Shown here piece by piece: positions 50,194-58,589 of a DNA stretch of 64,000 nt. The notes under the pieces are model-generated. The model was not told the DNA's origin, did no database searches, and worked only from the letters and a program-made list of their open reading frames with translations. The stretch covers positions 96,001 through 160,000 of the forward strand of contig CAXXIN010000016.1 in assembly GCA_963665275.2 (NCBI GenBank), in the 5' to 3' direction. Position 1 is the first letter of the stretch; each line of letters starts with the position of its first letter. The DNA comes from Negativicutes bacterium. Lineage in GTDB: Bacteria > Bacillota > Negativicutes > UBA1444. Both the position numbers and the translations under genes were made by a program.

Positions 50194-51141
50194 ATGAAAC
50201 GAGGCATGGCGGCAGTTCTCTTCGTATGCATGGTTGCATTGGTATCCCTGATTCCGATTACAGCGCTGGCTGCGCCAGATATGCAGGCTGGGAACGCAAC
50301 AGGTGGACTTCGTTACACCGTTTCTGTGGCTAAGTTTGAAAATCGGGCTGGCTACCATGGCCAATGGGATATCGGCGACGGCTGGGGTATCGTCATGACT
50401 GACATTCTCAACCAGACTGGCAAATTCATCGTGCTAGGTGAGACCGATATGCGCAAGGAAGCAATGGCTGAGCAGGATATTGCGGCGGCCGGCCGCACGG
50501 CCCAGGGGGCGATTACTCCCGGTATGGGCAATATGACGCCAGCGCAGATCTTGGTTAAAGGCGCCATTACCCACGTTGCAAACAATACGAGCGGCGGTGG
50601 CGGCGGGGTCTCTTTCGGCGGAGTTTCACTAGGTGGCGCAAGTGCCAATTCCCAGGTTAATGTCACCATGTATATGGTTCACACTTCAACCGGCCAGATC
50701 TTGGCTTCAAAAAGCGTCGTAGGCAAGTCCAACAAGTCCGGCGGATTCGTCGGATATTCCGGTAACGGTTGGGGCGCAGGCGCTGGCGGCTTCAAAAGCG
50801 ACAACGTTGGCAAGGCCGTCGAAAATGCCGTCCAGCAGGGCGTTCAATGGATGATCGAGCAGTTGCCGAAGATCACCTGGCGGGGCAATGTTGTCATGGT
50901 CAGAGACGGTAATGTCTATATTAACCGTGGCACCCGCGAAGGCGTCAGTGAAGGCATGAGTTTCGTGGTGGGAACGGCTGAAGCACTTCGGGATCCCAGC
51001 ACAGGCGAAGTACTGGATGTTAGCTTCAACACGCTGGCGAACCTCACCGTCACTTCGGTGAAGGAGAAGATCTCTATCGCCACGGTGAATAACGGCAACG
51101 TTGATCAGATCGAAAAAGGAATGTTCGTGCAACTGCCCTAA
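50194..51141 (+). CDS. CsgG/HfaB-family protein with FlgT-like C-terminal domain
   Basis: Signal peptide; VSVAKFEN, L..TGKFIVL, AQILVKGAIT, Gly-rich beta-hairpins, STGQIL; VYINRG..G C-domain. Confidence 0.72.
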   Translation: MKRGMAAVLFVCMVALVSLIPITALAAPDMQAGNATGGLRYTVSVAKFENRAGYHGQWDIGDGWGIVMTDILNQTGKFIVLGETDMRKEAMAEQDIAAAGRTAQGAITPGMGNMTPAQILVKGAITHVANNTSGGGGGVSFGGVSLGGASANSQVNVTMYMVHTSTGQILASKSVVGKSNKSGGFVGYSGNGWGAGAGGFKSDNVGKAVENAVQQGVQWMIEQLPKITWRGNVVMVRDGNVYINRGTREGVSEGMSFVVGTAEALRDPSTGEVLDVSFNTLANLTVTSVKEKISIATVNNGNVDQIEKGMFVQLP

Positions 51142-51243
51142 GGGCGATCAAAAAAGAAGCTCCCGGCATTGGTGATGTGATATGCTCCCCTAAAGGTAGA
51201 CAGGTTAAATAATAAAACCTACTACCGAAGGGGGAGCTTTTTC

Positions 51244-51921
51244 GTGCCCAAAATACGCCAATACAGTGCTGCTGAAAAACTTTCCATATTGAAAGAACTT
51301 GATACGAGTTCGACTATAAATATTGCTAACAAGTACGATCTTAACCAATCCACCATAACCGATTGGCTTCATCGGTATGAAGTGTATGGATATAAGGGTT
51401 TAGAAATTCGGGCCCATAATAAAAGCTATTCTGCCGATCTTAAAATTCAAGCGGTTCAGGACTATCTTTCCGGAAATGGCTCATTACGTCAAATCATTGA
51501 TAAGTATAAAATAACCAACAAGAAACAGCTCAGGAACTGGATCAAAAAGTATAATAGTCATAGCAGCATTAAATCCAACGAAGGTGGAGGAACGTACGCT
51601 ATGACTAAGGGCCGGGTTACAACTTGGCAAGAGCGAATTGACACTGTTCTATACTGTCTTGCTCACAACTACGATTACTTAAACACCGCCAAAAACTTTC
51701 AGGTTTCCTACCCGCAGGTTTACCAATGGGTAAAGAAGTATGAAGAAGGTGGAGAAGATGCATTAAAAGATGGCCGAGGGCGAAAACGAACAGTAGAAGA
51801 ATTAAGTGATACGGATAGGCAAAAGCTTGCGGTAAAGAAACTTGAGTCTGAAAATGAGCGCCTCAGAGCGGAGAACGCTCTATTAAAAAAGTTACAGGAA
51901 CTCGAAGGGAGGCGATTTTAA
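51244..51921 (+). CDS. IS3 transposase OrfA (HTH repeats + coiled coil)
   Basis: HTH repeats; ENERLRAENALLKKL; A AAA AAG slippery site near 51885-51891. Confidence 0.9.
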   Translation: MPKIRQYSAAEKLSILKELDTSSTINIANKYDLNQSTITDWLHRYEVYGYKGLEIRAHNKSYSADLKIQAVQDYLSGNGSLRQIIDKYKITNKKQLRNWIKKYNSHSSIKSNEGGGTYAMTKGRVTTWQERIDTVLYCLAHNYDYLNTAKNFQVSYPQVYQWVKKYEEGGEDALKDGRGRKRTVEELSDTDRQKLAVKKLESENERLRAENALLKKLQELEGRRF

Positions 51922-51962
51922 GTCAAGTCCGGCAAGAAAAAATCTACCTGGCAATCCAGGCA

Positions 51963-52799
51963 GTGCAACAAGAACACCATTTTAGTATCAATTTGCTTTG
52001 TCAAATTGCAGAGATTCCTCGTTCGAGCTATTACAAATGGTTAAACCGCCCCGTGAGTCCCCGTGAGCAGGAGAACGGCCAGCTCATGAAAGAGATGATC
52101 TTTCTCTACGAGAAAATTGAGGGCATTTATGGGTACCGCCAATTAACCATCCATCTGCGGCGACGAAACGATCAGCGAATTAACCATAAGCGGATCTATC
52201 GTCTGATGAGGGTGGCAGGAATCCAATCCGTTATTCGGCGGAAGAAAAAGAAATATGTGAAGTCAACGCCACAGCAAATTGCTGAAAATCTCTTGAATCG
52301 CAAGTTCATCGCAGCACAGTCCAATGAAAAATGGTTGACCGACGTGACAGAGTTTAAATATGGAGACGGCCACAAAGCCTATCTTAGCGCTATTTTGGAC
52401 TTACATGACAAATCCATTGTTGCCTATGCGTTAAGCCATTCCAATAATAATAACCTTGTTTTCAACACATTGGATTTAGCATTTAAAGCTGCCCCGGGCA
52501 GTTCGCCGATGATTCACAGCGACCGAGGTTTTCAATATACCTCGTGGGAGTTTAAGAAACGATTAGATGCTCATGGTTTGACACAGAGTATGTCGCGAGT
52601 CGGGAAGTGCATTGACAATGGCCCTATGGAAGGATTCTGGGGAACACTCAAGTGTGAAAAATATTACCTGCACAAATACCAAACCTATGAAGCCCTTGAG
52701 AAAGACATTGATCACTACATTTATTTTTACAATTATGAACGATTGCAGGCAAAATTAAACAGCCTCAGTCCGATGGAAGTCCGGACCAAGGCTGCCTAA
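51963..52799 (+). CDS. IS3 transposase OrfB (DDE integrase core), fused to OrfA by -1 frameshift
   Basis: YGYR, WLTDVTE, HSDRGFQY, DNGPMEGFWG. Confidence 0.93.
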   Translation: MQQEHHFSINLLCQIAEIPRSSYYKWLNRPVSPREQENGQLMKEMIFLYEKIEGIYGYRQLTIHLRRRNDQRINHKRIYRLMRVAGIQSVIRRKKKKYVKSTPQQIAENLLNRKFIAAQSNEKWLTDVTEFKYGDGHKAYLSAILDLHDKSIVAYALSHSNNNNLVFNTLDLAFKAAPGSSPMIHSDRGFQYTSWEFKKRLDAHGLTQSMSRVGKCIDNGPMEGFWGTLKCEKYYLHKYQTYEALEKDIDHYIYFYNYERLQAKLNSLSPMEVRTKAA

Positions 52800-52899
52800 A
52801 TAGATTTACTTTTTTATGGTGTCTACTTGACGGGGGGGCAGTTCAATGATTTCGATGTCTGGAGCTTCTTTTGCATGTGTCAAGCAAGGCGTGGAAGTT

Positions 52900-54894
52900 T
52901 TACCAGTAGAAAGATCCGTCCCGGTAGGAGGCGACAACGGCTCTGCCATCTTTTTTCAGCACAACCCGGTATTGGCCGTTCGGGCTGTAGGGAACGTCAT
53001 CGCGATATTCTCCCACATATTCGGCAACGATAACGCCGCTGTTCGTCAAAGCCTGAGTGCCATTGCCATGGCGCTTATCGTCCTTCCATTCGCCGACATA
53101 GGAGCTGCCTGAGGACCACTTCATGGTTCCCTGACCATTGCGCTTGTCATTGCTGTAGCTGCCTTTGTAAACGCGCCCGTCGACGTAGGTATAGGTTCCC
53201 TGGCCGCTTTTATTCCCCTGGTCGAATCCACCGACATACTGGTCTCCACGCGAGGTCATTAGCGTGCCCTCCCCGTGAGGAAGGTCATCCTTGAAGGGGC
53301 CGGTGTATTTCGTGCCGTCCTTCGTTGTCATAATTCCTGCGCCATTGGCTTTGTCATTGACCCAGGCTCCCGTATAATTCCGGCCATCCGGTTGGGTTTG
53401 CGATCCGGTGCCGTTTCGTTTTCCATCTTTAAAGGAGCCCTCATAGTGAAGGCCGCTTTTCAAGGTCAACTTTCCCAATCCATCGAATTTGTCGTTGCTC
53501 CAGTCACCCTCGTAGGAGTCGCCGGATTTTGCAGCAAGGATACCCTTACCTTGGCGTTGTCCGCCGGCAAAATAACCGGTATATACAGACCCGTCGGCAT
53601 AGGTTAACTTACCCTTTCCAGCCGGAGTTCCCCAGCTGACATTTCCTTCGTAGGCGCCGTTGCGGTAGGAGATAGTATGGTAGCCGTTCATGCTGTTATA
53701 GGACATCGCTACCCCGACGAGCACCAAGATCAGAAGTGCTGCGGACCAGAGGAGGATTTTGCGGCTGCGCTTTTGAGGCGGCGTTGGTGGCGCGATGATG
53801 CCTGGGGGAGGTTCCATAGGTGGCGGAGGCGGTGGCAACCATTGCGAGGCGGGGCCGGACGGAGGCGGGGGCGGAACGGGCGCAGACCAAATCGGTGGTG
53901 GCATGGGCGGTGCATAGACGATGGGCTGCGGCTCGGTACCGACTGAACCCTTCAGGGCGGCCTGAAACGTCGCCACGTCTTGCGGGCGATTGGCCGGATC
54001 AATGGATAAAGCCTGCAAAAGAGCATAGTTGAAATGCGGCGAAAGAGCTGGTATGACTTGCAGCGGTGGGATCAGAGACTCCTGCGCGACCCGTTCCGCA
54101 GCCTCCGGCGGTACGAAGCCTGTTACTAGATGATAGAGGGTCGCTGCGCAAGCATAGATATCGGTCCAAGCGCCTTGCTTGCCGTGTCGATGATATTGTT
54201 CCCAGGGCGCATAACCGGGGGTGATAATGGTTGTCATGCCTCGGTTAAGCTCCCCAAGGGACTGCCGGGCGGTTCCAAAGTCCAGCAGAATTGGGCGGCC
54301 GGTTGAGGTAATATAAATGTTCTGCGGCTTGATATCACGGTGCAGAAACCCTTTGGCATGCACTTCACGCAATCCAGCCAGAACAGGCAGCATCGTGTCG
54401 AGGGCTGCTTGTTCAGATATCCTGCCACCCAAATTGAGCAGGTGATCCTGCAGACTGTTGCCCTGAAGGTAATCCATCACCAGATAGGCGGTACCATTCT
54501 CCTGAAAAAAGGAACGAACCCGGACCACGTTGGGGTGGTCGAATTGTGCGAGAGTACGGGCTTCATGCAAAAATTGCTCCAGCCCATACCGGAAATGCTC
54601 CGCGTCATCATTGGTGTGGGCACTGACCGTCAAGCGGTCGAAGTGCCGTCCGGCGACCTCGCGCGGCAAATACTCCTTAATGGCGACGAAGGTTGCCAAT
54701 TGGCTGTCCCATCCCAGGTAAGTGATCCCAAAACCGCCAGGCTTACCAAGAAGTTTTCCCACCAGATACTGCCCATTCATCAAGGGGGTTCCCGGCGGGA
54801 GCAATAATGGACTTAGCGGCGCGTTTTCGTCAAAGCCGCACGACGCGCAAACACCATTGTTGAAAGTTTCTAGGAAACAAGCGGGGCAAATCAT
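52900..54894 (-). CDS. Ser/Thr kinase with Zn ribbon, TM and extracytoplasmic MORN repeats
   Basis: CPAC..CASC; kinase motifs paralogous to 48088; TM ILLWSAALLILVLVGVAM; about 10 Y.G.W/F..D...G.G repeats. Confidence 0.92.
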   Translation of the reverse strand: MICPACFLETFNNGVCASCGFDENAPLSPLLLPPGTPLMNGQYLVGKLLGKPGGFGITYLGWDSQLATFVAIKEYLPREVAGRHFDRLTVSAHTNDDAEHFRYGLEQFLHEARTLAQFDHPNVVRVRSFFQENGTAYLVMDYLQGNSLQDHLLNLGGRISEQAALDTMLPVLAGLREVHAKGFLHRDIKPQNIYITSTGRPILLDFGTARQSLGELNRGMTTIITPGYAPWEQYHRHGKQGAWTDIYACAATLYHLVTGFVPPEAAERVAQESLIPPLQVIPALSPHFNYALLQALSIDPANRPQDVATFQAALKGSVGTEPQPIVYAPPMPPPIWSAPVPPPPPSGPASQWLPPPPPPMEPPPGIIAPPTPPQKRSRKILLWSAALLILVLVGVAMSYNSMNGYHTISYRNGAYEGNVSWGTPAGKGKLTYADGSVYTGYFAGGQRQGKGILAAKSGDSYEGDWSNDKFDGLGKLTLKSGLHYEGSFKDGKRNGTGSQTQPDGRNYTGAWVNDKANGAGIMTTKDGTKYTGPFKDDLPHGEGTLMTSRGDQYVGGFDQGNKSGQGTYTYVDGRVYKGSYSNDKRNGQGTMKWSSGSSYVGEWKDDKRHGNGTQALTNSGVIVAEYVGEYRDDVPYSPNGQYRVVLKKDGRAVVASYRDGSFYW

Positions 54895-55115
54895 GATAGG
54901 GCCTCCTTCAAATAACACGACAGAAAAATTTGCGATTATATTATTATTTGCCATGAATTGAATTAATCCTGCACGGGTTAGTAGTGGCTTTTATTTGGGC
55001 AGGGAATCAGCGAAAAATGGAGAAGTCTTCTGTACGATAAAGCTGTTGTATCGTAACGCGGAACGGTATTCGGATTTTAAAGGGGGCGAAAGCTATCGAA
55101 AAGGCGAAACGGATT

Positions 55116-56516
55116 TTGCATGCGCTGCGGCAGGCAGGTCAGGAGGCCTATATTGTTGGGGGCGCGGTTCGTGATCACTTATTGGGGGTAGCTCCTCAGG
55201 ATATTGACATTGCCACTTCCGCCCATACGCAGGAGATTATAACCGCGGCGCAAAAGGAAGGCTGGCGCACCGTTGAAACTGGTGTTTTTTTCGGCGTGGT
55301 GGTTGTTGTAGTGGCGGGGGATCCTTACGATGTAGCGACGTTTCGCACCGAGACCTATGGCGAGGACTGCCACAGACCGGAAACGGTCTCGTTTGCGGTG
55401 TCGCTGCGTGATGATCTTTCCCGCCGTGATTTTACAATCAATGCAATGGCGATGGACGAAGCCGGCAACATCATAGACTACTTCAATGGCAGGGAAGATC
55501 TGCGATGCGGAGTGATTCGCACGGTCGGCGATCCATTACTCCGTTTTCAGGAAGACTCACTGCGTATGTTCCGTGCGGCGCGTTTTGCCGCTGTGTTTGA
55601 TTTCACTATCGACCCTAGGACCTTGGCGGCGATTCCGCCAAACTTGTATCGTGTGCGCGGCTTGTCTGTGGAAAGGGTGCGGAACGAGATCGACAAAACC
55701 CTGACAGGAACCTTTGCTCCCAAAGGGTTGAGGGTTCTAATGGAACAGGGCCTTTTGAACGAGACCTGCCGCGCCCGCGATGAGTCAGGCGAAGAAAATG
55801 TGCTGATTTTACCAGAATTGTCGCATCTCAGTGGTTTGGCGCAGAATGCCAGATATCACCGTCTGGACGTGTGGGAGCATACGCTGGCTATGGTGGGAGA
55901 AATCATGCCGCATCCGGTGCTGCGTTGGGCAGCACTATTGCACGACGTTGCTAAGGGATTGCCGGAAGTGAGGCTTTACAATGCGCAGGGAGATTTGGTC
56001 GAGCACCGGCATGAAGTTGCCGGTGCCCAAATTGCGATGAACGTGGCAAAACGACTGCGTTTTCCTGCTTATTGGAGTCGTAGCGTACCCTGGCTGGTTC
56101 GGCATCACCTGCGCTTGCCCCCGGCGGAGACGGAGGCTTGCATTCGGTGGCTGAGAAGAAGGTCCCGTGAATTCAAACGGTCTGGCGACCTCCGGGAAGG
56201 CATTGAGGCGTTGCTGGAAATACATCGTGCCGACCGACTGGCAGGACATCGGGACCCCGGCATGCCGGGATGGGAAAAAATTGCAGGCGTTCTGCGGCAA
56301 ATCTTAGATTCAGTACCGTTTTACCCTGACCAATTGGCCCTCTCCGGCGAAGAAATCGCCGAGTGCCTGGGGCGAAATCCAGCCGTAGGACAGTTTCAAC
56401 GAACACTGTTGTCCCGGATCCAAACCGGCGAATTGCTCAACACGCCAGAGGACCAGCTCGATGCTTTGATTAAAAAATCAGAGCGAGAAAAACAAAAGAA
56501 TCATGTATACAATTGA
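55116..56516 (+). CDS. cca: CCA-adding enzyme / tRNA nucleotidyltransferase with HD domain (true start possibly ATC 55095)
   Basis: YIVGGAVRD, DIDIAT, RRDFTINAMA, RFQEDSLR, LLHDVAK. Confidence 0.88.
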   Translation: MHALRQAGQEAYIVGGAVRDHLLGVAPQDIDIATSAHTQEIITAAQKEGWRTVETGVFFGVVVVVVAGDPYDVATFRTETYGEDCHRPETVSFAVSLRDDLSRRDFTINAMAMDEAGNIIDYFNGREDLRCGVIRTVGDPLLRFQEDSLRMFRAARFAAVFDFTIDPRTLAAIPPNLYRVRGLSVERVRNEIDKTLTGTFAPKGLRVLMEQGLLNETCRARDESGEENVLILPELSHLSGLAQNARYHRLDVWEHTLAMVGEIMPHPVLRWAALLHDVAKGLPEVRLYNAQGDLVEHRHEVAGAQIAMNVAKRLRFPAYWSRSVPWLVRHHLRLPPAETEACIRWLRRRSREFKRSGDLREGIEALLEIHRADRLAGHRDPGMPGWEKIAGVLRQILDSVPFYPDQLALSGEEIAECLGRNPAVGQFQRTLLSRIQTGELLNTPEDQLDALIKKSEREKQKNHVYN

Positions 56517-56557
56517 TGGTTGCATTGACATGTTTTTTGACAATAGTGTATAGTTAA

Positions 56558-56629
56558 CTCAAGGACAAACCAATGCGTTGAGGAGTCAAAGGCGACTTCT
56601 TCGCACTAAAGCGGAGGAGTCTGTTTTTT
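56558..56629 (+). promoter_or_regulatory. Leader with alternative hairpins and intrinsic terminator
   Basis: Promoter TTGACA-18-TATAGT at 56525-54; terminator GACTTCTTCGC-ACTAAA-GCGGAGGAGTC-TGTTTTTT; second GAGGAGTC at 56580-87. Confidence 0.55.
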
Positions 56630-56660
56630 ACCCTGAATGCAATATTGAAAGGAGGCCCTT

Positions 56661-56786
56661 GTGATGATGGAACACCTGAAACCTGAAGAAATCGTAAAAA
56701 TGCCTTTGCACATGCAGATCCTGTACTATTTCGAGAAGTGGGGGACATTGGCGCAGGGCGCAGACCTTTTGAAAAAAGCCGGGTAA
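56661..56786 (+). CDS. Small hypothetical protein (39-41 aa), not in ORF track
   Basis: SD GAAAGGAGG then GTG ATG ATG; MMEHLKPEEIVKMPLHMQILYYFEKWGTLAQGADLLKKAG*. Confidence 0.6.
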   Translation: MMMEHLKPEEIVKMPLHMQILYYFEKWGTLAQGADLLKKAG

Positions 56787-56928
56787 GCGAACTTGCCGGA
56801 TAAGTGAAATTACGCCGATTTTCTGGGGAGACGGTATTAACCGTCTCTTTTTCTTAGGGAAAAGTTGATCTCGGGTCTCGAAAGGTATAGAATTGTAATT
56901 GTATTTTGTGCAATTCAAGAGGTGAACC

Positions 56929-57693
56929 ATGCTTACCCGAAGATGTTTTATCAAGAATTGTGTTGCAACGGTCGCGGCGCTGGGGATAAGCGAAGCTTTT
57001 TCGCCGCCTCAGGTTGTTACAGCTACCGAAAATGTTGATATTCCAGTACTGCTTTATCATCGTATCGGCGATACGGCGGGCCACTTGACGATATCACCGG
57101 ATAAGTTTGCGCAAGATTTGTCGCGATTACGCGAAATGGGTTATGAAACGATCTCGCTGGAGCTTTTTCGCCGCTATAAAGCTGATCCGGAGACTCCATT
57201 GCCAGAAAAACCGATCATGATTTCTTTTGATGACGGATATTTGGATAATTATCTGAATGCGTATCTGATTTTGCGACAATATGGCATGTCTGCCGCCTTT
57301 TACATCATCACGAGCCTTGTTGGGGAAGAAGATCGCCTAGCGGCGGGACATATCCGTGAAATGGCGAACAACGGCATGTCTATTGGTTCACATACAGTGA
57401 GCCATCGGCAATTGGGTGATCTGGGGGTTGAGGAGGCAATGAACGAAATGTCTTTGTCGCGGCTTTACCTCGAAGGGCTGCTGCAAAAACCAGTTCAGTA
57501 TATTGCTTACCCTAAGGGCAGCTACAACGATTTTACCGGTAAGGAAGCAAATGAAGCCGGCTATTGGGGCGGATTCTCGATTTTGCCAGGAACCTGTTCG
57601 CTCGCGACCAATCCCTATGTATTGAGGCGAATCCCGGTTTTCAGCTTCGATGGCGACATCGGCCGAACGATGGCGAAACGCGGTCGTGTGTAG
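56929..57693 (+). CDS. Polysaccharide deacetylase (CE4/NodB) with twin-arginine signal
   Basis: TRRCFIK; PVLLYH, SFDDGY, GSHTVSH, AYPKG. Confidence 0.9.
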   Translation: MLTRRCFIKNCVATVAALGISEAFSPPQVVTATENVDIPVLLYHRIGDTAGHLTISPDKFAQDLSRLREMGYETISLELFRRYKADPETPLPEKPIMISFDDGYLDNYLNAYLILRQYGMSAAFYIITSLVGEEDRLAAGHIREMANNGMSIGSHTVSHRQLGDLGVEEAMNEMSLSRLYLEGLLQKPVQYIAYPKGSYNDFTGKEANEAGYWGGFSILPGTCSLATNPYVLRRIPVFSFDGDIGRTMAKRGRV

Positions 57694-57699
57694 AGTTGA

Positions 57700-57729
57700 T
57701 TGACAAAGGCGCGGGGCCCCTGTTATAAT
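57700..57729 (+). promoter_or_regulatory. tRNA operon promoter
   Basis: TTGACA-18-TATAAT with extended TG. Confidence 0.75.
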
Positions 57730-57746
57730 ACTTGCGTGCCGGACAC

Positions 57747-57835
57747 GGAGGGGTGTCCGAGTGGTTTATGGAGCTGGTCTTGAAAACCAGTGATCCCGCA
57801 AGGGACCGCGGGTTCGAATCCCGCCCCCTCCGCCA
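57747..57835 (+). tRNA. tRNA-Ser(TGA)
   Basis: GGAGGGG/CCCCTCC acceptor stem, CTGGT-CTTGAAA-ACCAG anticodon arm, long variable arm, GGTTCGAATCC, encoded CCA. Confidence 0.95.
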
Positions 57836-57879
57836 TTTCCTTGCGGCATGAACTGAATTTTCACTATCCATCGGATCGC

Positions 57880-57970
57880 GGAGTGGTACTCAAGTGGCCG
57901 AAGAGGTCGGTTTGCTAAACCGATAGGGGGGGAAACTCCCGCGAGGGTTCAAATCCCTCCCACTCCGCCA
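57880..57970 (+). tRNA. tRNA-Ser(GCT)
   Basis: GGAGTGG/CCACTCC acceptor stem, TCGGT-TTGCTAA-ACCGA anticodon arm, long variable arm, encoded CCA. Confidence 0.95.
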
Positions 57971-57986
57971 GTATTAAAAACCTTAT

Positions 57987-58024
57987 AGGCACCGCCCAAC
58001 AAATGGGTCGTGTCTGTTTTTTTT
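57987..58024 (+). terminator. tRNA operon terminator
   Basis: AGGCAC.GCCCA-ACAAA-TGGGT.GTGTCT followed by a T run. Confidence 0.7.
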
Positions 58025-58589
58025 GCAGCTGGAAACTAGCTACGTTCAAAAAATAATGTAAAACAAGGCATTACAGGATCGGTTTTCACTATTGGATCAT
58101 CATTTAGGACTTTTGGCCCATAACAATAGGACCTTAGTAGGGAGAAACCCGCGTTTTATAGAGGTACAATATATTTAAGAGTTAAATATTGGGATAATTT
58201 TCGAGGCGTTTTGATCATTGGCAAAGGCTAAAGTCTTCAGCACGGAATTCGTCTGGGTGTCTGCATCATGAGTATCCCTTTCCAATAAAAGTAGTATAGG
58301 TTGATTTTATGATGTATTCAACAAGTCATCGTTCGGGCTCGCAGAGGTGCGGGTTTTTTATTTTGAATTGCTAGCACGCCATTAATTATTGCTGAAGTTA
58401 AACTCTTTACTGCGAAAATTCCGTCTGCTAACGGAACCACTGCTGCCGATGCGCGCAAGGGTTTAAAAAACGCAGTCTTTGATTTAGAAAAAGTTGTGGT
58501 AAATGCATCGCATCATTGTAAAATCGACCCCGCTTATATCAAATTCCTTATTCCTATTTGAAATTCTTTTGGGATGGAGAGGTACGCGC

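Larger units (their letters stand above)
51178..52845 (+). mobile_element. IS3-family (IS150-like) insertion sequence
   Basis: Ends TG...CA; imperfect IRs TGATATGCTCCCCTAAAGGTAGACA / TGAACTGCCCCCCCGTCAAGTAGACA; 3-bp target duplication ATG; lower GC. Confidence 0.92.

Noticed and set aside
52960-53660. Periodic sequence resembling a repeat array
   Set aside because: Degenerate MORN protein repeats in the kinase; no identical DNA repeats or spacers, so not CRISPR
57747-58100. tRNA-Ser pair as a prophage or island attachment site
   Set aside because: No integrase and no duplicated tRNA 3' end seen in the window
58215-58285. GGCAAA motif upstream of the HD-GYP gene, suggesting a c-di-GMP-I riboswitch
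   Set aside because: No GNRA-capped P2, second GCAAA or tetraloop receptor
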